A stretch of 64,000 nt of DNA from assembly GCA_964016885.1 (NCBI GenBank), contig OZ024740.1, positions 72,602,001 to 72,666,000 of the forward strand. Reading direction: 5' to 3'. The notes below the pieces were generated by a model. It worked only from the letters and a program-made list of their open reading frames with translations, was not told where the DNA came from and ran no database searches. How positions within the stretch are numbered: position 1 is the first letter of the stretch; each line of letters opens with the position of its first letter. This DNA is from Eledone cirrhosa. Taxonomy: Eukaryota. Below are positions 1 to 11,024 of this stretch, in pieces. The position numbers and the translations under genes were made by a program.

Positions 1-74
1 ATAAATATAAACACCTTAAAACAACCAGTTTTGTATCATAGAATTTTCAGGCAGTTTAGTATCAAAAGGGTTAA
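1..74. mobile_element. Right end of a TTAA-terminated MITE-like repeat (same family as 426-983)
   Basis: Ends ...GTATCAAAAGGGTTAA and aligns by eye with 907-983 (ATAAATRTAAA...TTTCAG...AGTTTRGTATCAA..GTTAA). Confidence 0.5.
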
Positions 75-425
75 TTACATTATGTAAAACAGAAGGGCAT
101 AAAACCTGTGAATTACAAACATTTTGGTGTGGACCACTGGTGGTATAATTAGCCTGTGTTGTACATCACTGATTTATAGAATGGTTAAACAAAAGGTTAA
201 AGGACAGCTACTATATTTTTTTTGTGTAAATATGAAATAATTTTCCTGTGTGGTCTACTGACGCTTTTCTTTTTATTAATGTTATGTTTGCTGTTATTTC
301 ATCTGTTGAATATAATTTGCTATTTTTTTAAAATTCTCTTTTAGTGTTGCATGATATTGCTTGAGATAACTGAGAAAATCATCACACATGGACTAAATAG
401 AAATAATCTTTAATATTTTAATAAT

Positions 426-983
426 TTAACCTTTCCATTACCATATTTCTTATGAAAAACGCTACCAACGATTTTCAAATAAGAGGGATCTAGTAATATA
501 ACTAACTCTAATTATTAAGCTGGTGTTTAGAACATAACTCAGCAAATGTTCTTACATACAATTATGATGGAAAATGTTTAGCTAAATGTAACTGGCACTT
601 AGTTGGTTATGACGAGTGATCCAGTTGATATGATCAACTGTTCATGAAATTAATGTACAAGTGGCTGAGCATTCAACAGACACATGTGCTCTTAATATAG
701 TTCTTAGGGAGATTCAGCATGACACAGAATGTAACAAGACTGACCCTTCGAATTACAGGTACAACTCATTTTTGCTAGCTGAATGGACTGAAGCAATATG
801 AAATAAAGTGTCTTGCTCAAGGACACAATCTGCTGCCAGGAATCAAACTCACAACTTTATGATCATGAACTGAATACCATAACCACTAAGCCACATGTCT
901 TCACAGATAAATGTAAATATTTTAAAATAAACAGTTTAGTATATTAAAACCAGGGTTTCAGATAGTTTGGTATCAAGTGTTAA
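426..983. mobile_element. Degenerate TTAA-flanked (piggyBac-type) MITE-like repeat interrupted by a SINE
   Basis: Starts TTAACCTTTCCATTACC and ends GGTATCAAGTGTTAA (imperfect TIRs with TTAA ends). The right part is homologous to 1-74. Confidence 0.5.
592..904 (-). mobile_element. tRNA-derived SINE with CORE-like central domain
   Basis: Minus strand has an A-box-like TGGCTTAGTGG, a B-box-like GTTTGATTCC and then TGTGTCCTTGAGCAAGACACTT. It is flanked by a ~12-bp target-site duplication, AGCTAAATGTAA (580-591) / AGATAAATGTAA (905-916). Confidence 0.8.
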
Positions 984-1539
984 AATATAGGTGACTAACA
1001 AATGAGATATGAACCTAGGCTGTGAAATGGCAGTTTAGTTGTTTGATGGACTTAAGTGATTTTACATATTATTGCAATAACACTGCAAGTGGTGCACCAT
1101 TTGTGTATCCTGCAGATGAGATTGTGGTATTAACCTAGAGGTCTGTGAGTTAGACATTTTTTTAGATTGGCATTTAATATCTACCATCTATTGTGGTCAA
1201 ATATATCTATTATGATCAAATAGGCTATGTACTGTGGTCAAATGCTTCCTTTGACTTTACAACCAATAACTCCAGATAAAAAACAAAATACAATTATTGT
1301 CATTTCTTCCTTCATGTTGCTTGTCTGTTACGTGGTTTGTTTAAGCTGTGTTCTTGTTATTTGGTTTTCCAACTAATAGGCACCAATTTGATTGATTCTG
1401 TGTAGCCCCAGAAAGATGTCTGACCTTATTTCTTTCTCAATATCGTCATTAAATATTTACTGCTCTGAAACCGTTTCCCTTTTCTACTGCTTTTCTGTCT
1501 GAAAAAAAGGGTTAGCAGTAAACTTGCAGCCTTGTCTAT

Positions 1540-1658
1540 GAAGTTGCCCTTTGTCACCATATGATGCTTTACTGCTGTTAACAGCAAAGGAAACCGAGGG
1601 AAGTTGCCCTTCATCACCATATGATGCTTTACTGCTGTCAACAGCACAGGAAACCGAC
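1540..1658. repeat. Two-copy ~60-bp tandem duplication
   Basis: GAAGTTGCCCTT..TCACCATATGATGCTTTACTGCTGT.AACAGCA.AGGAAACCGA occurs twice in tandem. Confidence 0.9.
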
Positions 1659-1877
1659 TCTATATATAGCCTTGTGATCAATGTTTTCAATGAGTAAAAT
1701 AAAGATTTTTCTCATTTTTTTTTCTTTCTTCATGAAATGAAATTTAGTGTTTTTTTTTTTTTTCTTTTTCTTTTTTTTTTCCCTCTTTCTCTTTTTTTAC
1801 TTGCTACAACAAAACCCCAAATAGATTTTCTTCTCCACACCTTAAGAGATTGTGTTTTGTATTACAATTTGAGAACT

Positions 1878-2140
1878 GAAGTCATGTGGCCTAGGAGTTA
1901 GGGAGTTGGGCTCACATTCCTAAGATCATGGGTTCAATTCCCAGACCAGTTAACATATTTTGTCCTTGTGTATGACATTTTATTTTACATTGCTCCAGTT
2001 CTCTCAGCTGAAAATAGGTACCAGCTATAACAGCTGTGACTTAATCCTGCAATAGCCTGGCATCCCATCCATGTCCTGTACTCAGTCACTGTAGCAGCTG
2101 TGACTTAGCCCTGTAATGGCCTGGCATCCCATCCATGTCC
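1878..2140 (+). mobile_element. tRNA-derived SINE (related to 592-904) with a duplicated 3' segment
   Basis: TGGCCTAGGAG (A-box-like) ... GGTTCAATTCCC (B-box-like) ... TGTCCTTG...ACATTTTATTT. CAGCTGTGACTTA...GCCTGGCATCCCATCCATGTCC occurs twice at 2031-2140. Confidence 0.7.
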
Positions 2141-2680
2141 ATGGAAAGTGTGAAATATTTTTGAATAAAGCTTAACTTTACTTATTTGCTCTCTCTCTCT
2201 CAATGGAACATTAGGTGATGAGATCTCCACCCAGCAGTCACAAGTCCCTGTTGCATGGAGCATTGGGTGAGAGATCTCCACCCAACATGGCGGTAAATCT
2301 TAGTTCTAGTTCACCCTACTCCCACCCCTTATGAAGTATCAAGCAATGAGAGATCTTCACCCAGCAACAAGTTGTTACCTAGATTTTATATCAATGCTCC
2401 TGACTTTCAGTGTTACCTTCGGGCTACCTTTGTGTTGCTCCCTGGCCCCAGCTGTCTTCTCTGTAGTAAGATCACCATAGGGGAGTTGTTTTGGTATAAT
2501 CTTTGAATATTTTTAAAAATGGTTTCAGTCATTAGATTGTGACCATGCTGGGGCACTGTCTTCATTTAGTTAATAATATCAACCTCGGGACTTATTTTTG
2601 CAAGTATATTAGAAGACACTTGACTGAGTTGCTGCACAATTGGGCTGAACTCACATTTAATGAAAACTATTGTATCTATG

Positions 2681-2885
2681 AGGGCGGTGGATTGGCAGTA
2701 TCAATGGAGCGTCGGAGATAGTTACATAGTTACGGCCCTTTACGTTCTGAGTTCAAATCTAACCGAGGTTAGCTTTGCCTTTAGTCCTTACGAGATCGAT
2801 AAAATAAAGTACCAGTAACATACTGGGATTGATTTAATCTTCCCCATCAAATTGCTGGGCTTGTGCCTGTAGTAGAAACAATTAT
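2681..2885 (+). mobile_element. tRNA-derived SINE (family also at 10650 and 21797)
   Basis: GGCGGTGGATTGGCAG...GAGTTCAAATC...GAGGTT..CTTTGCCTTT...GATAAAATAAAGTACCAGT...TTGTGCC...TAGAAACAATT is shared with the other copies. Confidence 0.85.
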
Positions 2886-2980
2886 GTCTATGTTCTATAT
2901 TGTTTCTCTAGAATATTTTCGCAGTTGAATCTAGAAGTGTTATCAAGACTGGCGTATGTAAGATCAGTCAGTTGTAATTT

Positions 2981-3364
2981 GTGGACGACATGGTACTACT
3001 TAACTCATCAGATGGTGATCTCCGAATTGCACTTGATAAGTTTGTTGCCGAGTATTACACAGCAGGAATGAAAATCAGTGCTGCAAAGACTGAGACACTC
3101 GTCCTCTCGTGGAAGCCTGTGCATTGCACTCTACATATAAATGGAGTTCCATTGAAACAGGTAGAGAAGTATCTTAGGGCCATGTTCATGAGTGATGGAA
3201 GGCAGGAGGCTGAATTAAGTGCAAGAATTGCAGGAGCTGGTGCAGTATTGTGCCAACTTCAGCATTCGGTCATCAGAAAAAGGGAGGTAGGTGTAAAAGT
3301 CAAACTTGTTATCTTCAATTTGATATTCGTGCCAACCCTTACCTATGGTTACGTTATTCATTAG
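2981..3364 (+). pseudogene. Fragment of an RTE-clade (Expander/Rex3-like) reverse transcriptase C-terminal region
   Basis: DDMVLL...AGMKISAAKTETLV...LKQVEKY....FMSDGR...SVIRKRE...IFVPTLTYG matches the post-YADD part of RTE RTs. Truncated on both sides. Confidence 0.85.
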
Positions 3365-3789
3365 AGTGTGTAGCTCGAGGATCAGAGAGTTGCTCCAGGT
3401 ACAACCGCTACTTCTCCGAATTGAGACATCACAGATCTGATACTAGGGGCATGTGGTTAGAATGTATCGGGAAAGAATCACTGGACAGATTTTACAGACA
3501 AAAGCAACTAACAGGAGAGATTATAATTTGTCCACCACATTGCCTGATTACTAAAATTTGATGTCGAAATGAAATTAGGATCCGAGTTATCTCCCTTACA
3601 TTATGAAAAATCCTGTAAAATTTCCATGGATGCTTTTGTAAATGAGATAAGTATAACTAGTAGTGTTTTGATGGCTTAAAATTAAATGAAATAAAATATA
3701 ATTATTTTCAATATATAGAACACTTAAAAATAGTTTTTAACACACACTCACTCACTCACAAAGACACAGTGTAAAACGAAATAAATTGG

Positions 3790-4012
3790 AGGTGAATTGG
3801 CTGAGACGTTATAACGGAGGATAAATATCTTGTAGTCAATTCTGCCTGTCACCCTTTCGAGGACGATGAATAAAGTACTTTCCATGGTATCTCTTTCTCA
3901 CTTCTCCCTTTCTCTCTAGCTCTCTGAGGGAGGGTGGGCTATTTCAGGTTTAAAATATCCAACCCCTATGTCACTACTGCGTTTTTATGACCCCACAGGA
4001 GTTACAGGTACA
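3790..4012 (+). mobile_element. Diverged long-tailed SINE copy
   Basis: CCTTTCGAGGACGAT.AATAAAGTAC, then a pyrimidine tract and TATGTCACTAC...CAGGAGTTACAGGTAC, as in the 10345 and 29260 copies. Confidence 0.55.
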
Positions 4013-4131
4013 CACACACACGCATATATAAATCAGGATGGATTCAGTTTGCAACTGGGTGGACCATTACTCAGCAGAGTACTCGATGCTTGGGATAGTA
4101 GAGTATGGTTATAGTGTAAAGTGTCGAGAAG

Positions 4132-4214
4132 CCGACGGCTGAACTCTTAGCATTTCAACAGCAAGTTCCAGACTCTGGAATTTGCTGTTGAAACGGCAAG
4201 AGCTCAGCCGTCGG
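4132..4214. other. 83-bp near-perfect palindrome / hairpin
   Basis: 41-bp arms centred on 4173, 36/41 Watson-Crick matched. Confidence 0.95.
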
Positions 4215-4530
4215 GGTCCCGAGTCTTTATAATATATATATATATATATAAAGTTGGTGGTGGCGTGATGAGTCAGTGCCTTTATTTCAGTTTCCATCTT
4301 TCCTTTCTTTATGTGGTCCCTTAACTCTTAGTGAAATCCCAGGGGCGCCGTGTGGACATTTTAAATCTGGCAGTACCACAAATCCCATTCAAGGTATGAC
4401 AACAGCCAGTTTCTTTCGGAGAAGGCGCCCTCACCAATAATTATATTTTCTCCCCAAAATACCAAAACACACATTTATTTGATATGCGCTACAATTTATG
4501 TACATGTTATGTAGAGATAGATGGGACAGA

Positions 4531-5420
4531 TAGATATAGAGAGGGGGAGAGTTTGGTGGTAACTGATATAGAGAGGGGGATTGGAAGATAGTTCCGTATA
4601 GTAGATATAGAGAGGGGGAGAGTTTGGGGTTAATTGATATAGAGGGGTATTAGAAGAGAGTTCCGTGTTGTAGATATAAAGAGGTAGAGAGTTTGGTGTT
4701 AATTGATATAGAGGGGGGTGGGGTGGGGGGTTGTATGGTAGATATAGAATGGGGGGAAAGTTGAGTAATGATGGATAGAGTGAGAGGGAATAAGAGAGTG
4801 TGTTGTATGTTAGATATAGAATGGGGGATAGTTTGGTGGTAATTGATATAGTGCGGGGGGTTGGGAGAGCGAGTTGTATATTAGATATAAAGAGGGGGAG
4901 AGATTGATGTTTATTGATATAGAGAGGAGTATTGGAAGAGAGTTCTGTGTAGATTTAGAGAGGGGGCGAGTTTGGTGGTAATTGATATATAGAGGGGGAG
5001 AGAGTTTGGAGTTAATTGATATAGAGAGGAGGATTGGAAGAGAGTTTTGTGTAGTAGATATATAGAGAGCGAAAGTTTGGCGTTAATTGTTATAGAGAGG
5101 GGTATTGCAAGAGAGTACCGTGTAGTAAATATAGAGAGGTGGTGAATTTAGTGTTGTAGATATACAGAGGGATAATGGGAGAGTGCCGTGTAGTAGATAT
5201 AGAGAGGGAAAGAGTTTATGGGTGGTTGATATACAGAGGGGGATTGGGAGAGATAAGTGTAGATATTCATATATATAGAGAGTGTATTAGTCTTAGATAT
5301 ATAGAGTGAGATAAGAGAGGCGTTGTCGTGGTAGATATAGAGAGGGGTAGAATCTGGTTTTGGTAGATACAGAGAGGGGGATTAAAAGAGAGTTTTGTGT
5401 AATAGACAAAGTGTTTGGTG
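4531..5420. repeat. Degenerate purine-rich minisatellite (~69-bp unit made of two GATATAGAGAGGGGG subunits)
   Basis: Recurring GTAGATATAGAGAGGGGGAGAGTTTGGTGGTAATTGATATAGAGAGGGGGATTGGAAGAGAGTTCCGT. Confidence 0.9.
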
Positions 5421-5552
5421 GCATTCTCGGGTCCCAAATAATAGGAGGGCTGGCAATAATGGGAGAAGGGGGCTTAGGAAATCAGTAATTGTATAGTGTA
5501 CGTTCATAAATATGGGATTTCTTCTTTTGTCATATATAATGGGGTTTTTTAA

Positions 5553-6537
5553 TCTATATATATAAAACTGTGGTTGTCTGTCTGTCTATCGATTTTTGGC
5601 ACACATCTCCTCTTAGAATCTCTCACGGAATTGCACCGAAATTTCTATACTTGTACATTGAGCCCTAGCGAAGACATCGGAAAAAAAATATTTCAAATTG
5701 ACCCACCCTATGTGACGAAATCGAATATAATGTATCGATTTTTGAGCGTAAGTTATCAGTTATTTCCCTTTGTTCTGTTTACATTGAGCGTCTTACGTAA
5801 AAAATTACGCTGGCTTTCTCAGCGTTTAAAATGACATTAACACAATACACGAACAGTTGTCGAGCCAGCAAAATATTGACCTGCAAAATTCATCAGTTCG
5901 AACACTAAGCTTCCGTTTTGCTTCATTTCCATTTAAAAGCATTTTAAAACAATATTTTTACTTGAAAACAAGTCTATTTAAAGACTACGTAAAACAAGCA
6001 AATATTTCGTCGTTAGGCGTGCAGACAGACAGTCGTGCAGACAGACAGTCGTGCAGAGAGGTGATATACGTGTGCAGACAGATAGTCGTGCAGAGAGGTG
6101 ATATAGGCGTGTAGACAGATAGTCGTGCAGAGAGGTGATATAGGCGTGCAGACAGACAGTCGTGCAGAGAGGTGATATAGGCGTGCAGACAGACAGTCGT
6201 GCAGAGAGGTGATATAGGCGTGCAGACAGACATAACTGATAATTTGGTTACGCTAATGTTTTTCTCTGCGTTGCAGTGTTTACATTTTCGATCTTTGTTA
6301 ATAAATAACCAGTGCAGTTTCTATCCCCAGCATCCTCTTTTGTTATAACATTCGGGTTATCGTTATGTTTTCTTAACTTCATAAGGCATATTGTTGGTTG
6401 AGGGAATATTAATCAAAAACACCACATGCAAGTCTGCACAGTAGACACTACAGTTTTTAAGCCAAGAAAGAAACTTAACATTGTAACTTTAACACAGCTA
6501 CTGAGCGACCCCGAGCAACGCCGGGCTTTACTGCTAG
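5553..6537 (+). mobile_element. Non-autonomous Helitron (rolling-circle element), apparently complete
   Basis: 5' A|TCTATATATATAAAA followed by (TGTC)n. 3' GC hairpin CCCGAGCAACGCCGGG ends 8 nt before CTAG|T. Inserted between A and T with no TSD. Confidence 0.9.
6014..6232. repeat. ~37-bp minisatellite inside the Helitron
   Basis: TAGGCGTGCAGACAGACAGTCGTGCAGAGAGGTGATA, ~5-6 copies. Confidence 0.9.
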
Positions 6538-6763
6538 TATAAAATAAAATAATTATTAGATTCTCCAGTTTCTGTATGAATATGAATCACTTACAATAAA
6601 ATTTTGTCGTAGATAGATTAGCAAAATTTAATAAGCGGATGGGGGGAAAATCTGACAAATTAATAAACGCAGGGGTGGGACGATTATTCAAGACCTGAGA
6701 GTACTTGAATTATTGACGGACATAAGAATGAAAACTCAATACCGAAGTAGAGTTTAAATATTA

Positions 6764-6886
6764 ATTTATTATGGCTAAGCCTTGTTACTCTGGAGTCTCA
6801 CCTGCGTACACACCAGACAAGGCTGGTGACCCTGTGAGTATGCGGGTGAAACTTTATAACAAAGCTCACCAATAGCCATAATAAAT
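6764..6886. other. ~123-bp imperfect fold-back (MITE-like hairpin)
   Basis: Perfect 14-bp terminal IR ATTTATTATGGCTA/TAGCCATAATAAAT, plus internal IRs AGCCTTGTTA/TAACAAAGCT and TCACCTGCGTAC/GTATGCGGGTGA. Confidence 0.85.
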
Positions 6887-7034
6887 GAATGTATATATAT
6901 ATATATATATATATGAGATAAATAAATTGGGTATAATATCAGTTTCTAACCAAATGCGGAGAAGCTCGATATATCAACCCCTTAGGAAAGGGCATAGAGC
7001 ATAACTTTAAAAAAATTATATATATACAGTGGTG

Positions 7035-7081
7035 GTGGAAGAATTTCTGAATTGCCTCACCCAATTCAGAAATTCTTCCAC
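7035..7081. other. Perfect 20-bp inverted repeat with 7-nt loop
   Basis: GTGGAAGAATTTCTGAATTG-CCTCACC-CAATTCAGAAATTCTTCCAC. Confidence 0.95.
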
Positions 7082-7234
7082 TGTCCCATGTCAAAGAAAA
7101 TTAATGCACACACACATACATACACACACACACACAAATACACACATACACACACACGTACATACACACTGGCCCACATACACTCACAGGCTCACACACA
7201 CACGCACCATGTATCTTGTATGAAAGGTGTGTTT

Positions 7235-7510
7235 TAAGTGGCGTATTGGTAGAGTCGTCTGATAGAAATGATATTCGTTCTGGTTCTCTGCTCACTGAGT
7301 TCAAATCCCGCCGACGTCAACTTTGTCTCCCATCCTTTCAAAGTTGATAAATAAAATACTAGTCAAATACAATTCTTCCTTTATATTTCTTTCTCACTTC
7401 CTTTCTCTCTCTCTCTCTCTCTCTCCTTTTGCCCTCTCTCTCTCTCTTTCTGGAAGAAATCGGCTGTATTCAGACCTAGGAAGGAGATGGAATATGCCTT
7501 GATTAAATGT
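7235..7510 (+). mobile_element. Long-tailed tRNA-derived SINE
   Basis: GAGTTCAAATCCCGCCGA.GTCAACTTTG...GATAAATAAAATAC, then (CT)n and GGAAGAAATCGGCTGTATTCAGACCTAGG. Confidence 0.75.
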
Positions 7511-9111
7511 TCGAAACTAAGCCGTATATAGACTAAAAAAAAAAAAGAGTTAAGGTCCCATGAATGGATGTCTGCAAGCTGTATTTCGGGCCAAGTTTCG
7601 ACCTAATGAGCGATATTTGTTCTGGTTATTTAGGTTCTGAATTCAAATCCTGCCGATACTTTTTTTTACCTATCCTCTTCCCAAGGGCGATAAATAAATA
7701 ATAACATAGCAATCTAGTGCAGTGAACTTTAGTTTCAGACGGAATGACTTGCAGGGTTTGTTCCAGCTGTTGGTGTTTTAAATTCAAACCCCACCGTGGT
7801 TTAGTTGAGTGTTAGACCTAATTTGTCAACCGAATGAACCCCTCCAACTGGCTCTTGGGTGCCTTTAGCGAAATCCACACAGTTATGAATATTTAGAATA
7901 TGGCTACCATTTGAGAAAGGGTCATAGTCACTGCCCTTCTTTATTAAGTTATAAAATGCAAAACAAAGTGACCCTCGATTCTGTGTTGTACAATATCCAA
8001 ACTGTTCTTTTTTAAGATTTGGGGGAGATTTGGCTATTTCTTTTGTACTTTATTTTTTAGTCATTGATGGACGGTCAGACCCTTTTAAGGGCCCTCCGAA
8101 ACTGACGGAAGAGAGGATGGTGTTCTTGGAACGACGACCAGACATAAATACTTACAACAGACTAAACTCTTCGAAAAGCAGCCAAGAATACGTATTGAAT
8201 CAATAAGTCAGTGATCGAATTTAAACTGATACGATATACATGATATAATATACGTGGACGGAACTTCTATTTGCATACAGCTGTTTAAATTTGAATTATT
8301 AATATTAAGATTGTTTGATCCTGAAGCCACAACAGTTTTGTTACCAATCATAAAATATTATTGGAGCCAAACAAAGCTACTTCTTGTTTGATACGAAAAT
8401 GTTCAACGTTTAAGACACGCAGAAATTGTATCCGAGTATGAGAAATATATAAAGATATATACACACATAATTTGCATAATAACCGTGGATATGGTTAACG
8501 ATAGTTTATAACAAAATGCTGAAATATAAACCCTAGATCCCATTCAATTAGTATAAAATAGATGCATGTAAATCTTTCGCAGAAGAACTATATATAAAGC
8601 AATAAGTGGATTTGTTCTGAAAGGCAATAAGGAAATATAGAAGAGGAGAATTGATTGTTTCGGTCTGCTTATCAAAGTCTTTTGGCATTAAATAACAGCA
8701 TTGACAATGGATTTATGATTAACCATTATCGTAGAGCGACAGTTTTAGCAAGAACATTGTGAGATTGATACATTTTAGGGAATGGAATGGGAGAAGAAAA
8801 ACGAATTACGAAATGATGATGCTGATGATGGTCATGATGTTAATGATCGTGACGATGATGATGATGGTGATGATGGTAATGGATATAGGAAAGAAACTCA
8901 CAGAGAATCTCCTAGAATGTTTTATGTCTCTATTTAGTAACTCCCACAATAATGAAAAAAAAATGATGTGTTGTAGTGGTCACCTAATCAGGTTTCTACA
9001 GTGGTTCTGAAGTAATGTGTATTTGTAATGTAGCAACGATAGTTTCTATACTGGGTGTCTTTATTGGCCACACACACACACACACACACACACACACCAC
9101 ACACCACACAC

Positions 9112-9173
<62 letters not shown>

Positions 9174-9276
9174 AGCTATTATGAAATACCCAATAAAATC
9201 TGCCTTACATTGAGACATGGGAAGAAGTTAATCTCTCCGATTGTAAATCTTCGTGAAGATGAATCTTCCTTCAAAA

Positions 9277-9563
9277 TAGTTGGTATATTTCATAGTTATA
9301 TACACCTCAATAGTTGGTATATTTCGTTGCTATATACACCTCATTAGTTGGTATATGTCATAATTATATACACCTTATTAGTTGGTATATTTCATAGTTA
9401 TATACACCTCAATAGTTGGTATATTTCGTTGCTATATACACCTCATTAGTTGGTATATGTCATAATTATATACACCTTATTAGTTGGTATATTTCATAGT
9501 TATATACACCTCAATAGTTGGTATATTTCGTTGCTATATACACCTCATTAGTTGGTATATTTC
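9277..9563. repeat. 34-bp minisatellite arranged as a 102-bp (A-B-C) higher-order repeat
   Basis: Three unit types (TAGTTGGTATATTTCATAGTTATATACACCTCAA / ...TTCGTTGCTATATACACCTCAT / ...ATGTCATAATTATATACACCTTAT) in the order ABCABCAB. Confidence 0.95.
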
Positions 9564-9809
9564 AAGTGTCATGGCCGCAGACTCCCCAAGAACGTTGAAA
9601 TTGTAACATTACATTTTCCGGTCTTTCGTATAAAAATGACTTTTCATCTCCGAAAAACGTATCTTTACTTCCAAGGCGTTAAGTTCTGATGATAGAAATC
9701 ATCATCATCACCATCACCATCGTAATCATCGTAATTATCCTCATTGTCATAGTTATCGTTGATATCATTTGACTTGAAAAACGTGCATTCTATAGACACG
9801 TATATCAAT

Positions 9810-10045
9810 AACGCAATTCTCAGGGAGATTCAATGTGAAACAGTCTGTTACAAGTTTAGCCCTTTGAGTTACAGTGACATTCATCCGACAAACTTCCAAA
9901 CAGTTTCTCTCTACGAAATTTCACACACAAGGCTTGAGTCAACCCCAAGCTATGGTAAATGACATTTTTCTAAGGAGCTATGCAGTGGTATCGAACCTGG
10001 GATCTTGTGATTGCGAAGCGAATTTCTTAACCATTCCGCCATGGT
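9810..10045 (-). mobile_element. tRNA-derived SINE
   Basis: Minus-strand head TGGCGGAATGGTTAAGAA...GGTTCGATACC. The 9810-9875 part resembles 700-765 of the first SINE. Confidence 0.7.
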
Positions 10046-10062
10046 GTATCCACACTCTGATA

Positions 10063-10270
10063 TACCGTATATACTCGAATATAAGTCGATACGAATGTAA
10101 GCCGACCCCACTATTTTATGTCTGAATAATTGGCAAAATTCCCAACCTTATTTACATAGAATTTGAAATTGGTGAAAATTGTCAAAACATTGATCCCGAA
10201 TATAAGCTGATTCTTTCTACCATCGATTTTTTTGGTCACATGTTACTCGGATAATATTCAAGTATTTGAA
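10063..10270. mobile_element. Tc1/mariner-pogo-type MITE fragment
   Basis: TA|CCGTATATACTCGAATATAAG...TAAGCCGACC is a typical pogo/Tigger-like TIR start. The right TIR is degenerate. Confidence 0.6.
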
Positions 10271-10344
10271 AAAACAAAACAAAAAATAACAAAAAAAAAA
10301 AAACGTTTAGAAAAGAAAAAAATTTAATATTCAACTCTACTTAT

Positions 10345-10615
10345 GTATGTACCTATATCTCCTGGTGGACCCGTAGTAGCACTGCCGTGACGTATGCCGT
10401 GTCTTGGGCACTTTAAACATGACGAAGCCTGCCCCCTGTCCAGGTCAGAATACAGCCGAAGGAGAGAGAGAAAAGGAATGACTTCACCGCAGTACCGAAT
10501 TTCATTTTATTTATTAACCTCGAAAGGATGAAAGGCAAAGTTGACCTCAGCGGGATTTGAACTCAGAGACCATAAAGCATTCTATCCGACGATCTAACGA
10601 TTCCGCCAATTTACC
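10345..10615 (-). mobile_element. Long-tailed tRNA-derived SINE ending in (TACA)n
   Basis: Reverse complement of the TGAGTTCAAATCCCGCTGAGGTCAACTTTGCCTTTCATCC core. Tail ...CCACCAGGAGATATAGGTACATACAT. Confidence 0.85.
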
Positions 10616-10649
10616 AGCATACTTATACATGGCTCCTGTATATTATTAT

Positions 10650-10835
10650 ATTGGCAATATCGGTAGAGGGTCGGACTCCATGCTTTGCAGCAAAGAGTTA
10701 CGGCCCTTTATGATCTGAGTTCAAATCCCGCCGAGGTTAACTTTGCCTTTCATCCTGACGGGGTCGATAAAATAAAGTACCAGTAATGCACTGGATAATT
10801 GCTGGCCTTGTGCCAAAAGTAGAAACAATTATTAT
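10650..10835 (+). mobile_element. tRNA-derived SINE
   Basis: Near identical to 21797-21990 (GAGTTCAAATCCCGCCGAGGTT.ACTTTGCCTTTCATCC...AAAGTACCAGTAATGCACTGG...). Confidence 0.9.
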
Positions 10836-11024
10836 TGTTGTATACCATTTTATATTATAATTATTAGCATAATATATAATTATTATTATAGTGTGTTATT
10901 CTGAATATTGTACTCATACGTTATATTTTCCTCATCAGTTGCCTACTGGGGGTCTCGGATATTTCAACGCTTTAAAGACAATATATCTACCCCCATATAT
11001 GTATATACATATATATATATATAT

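Larger units (their letters stand above)
5423..6703. mobile_element. Degenerate TIR element (MITE) split by the Helitron
   Basis: Left ATTCTCGGGTCCCAAATAAT vs reverse complement of the right end ACTCTCAGGTCTTGAATAAT (15/20). TA at the right end. Confidence 0.5.

Noticed and set aside
2215-2370. Three GAGATCTCCACCCA motifs ~55-70 bp apart
   Set aside because: Only three degenerate copies; consistent with an old decayed tandem duplication, with nothing supporting function.
8060-8125. Possible hammerhead (TTGATGG...CCGAAAC)
   Set aside because: The core CUGANGA is not intact and no convincing stems I/III were found.
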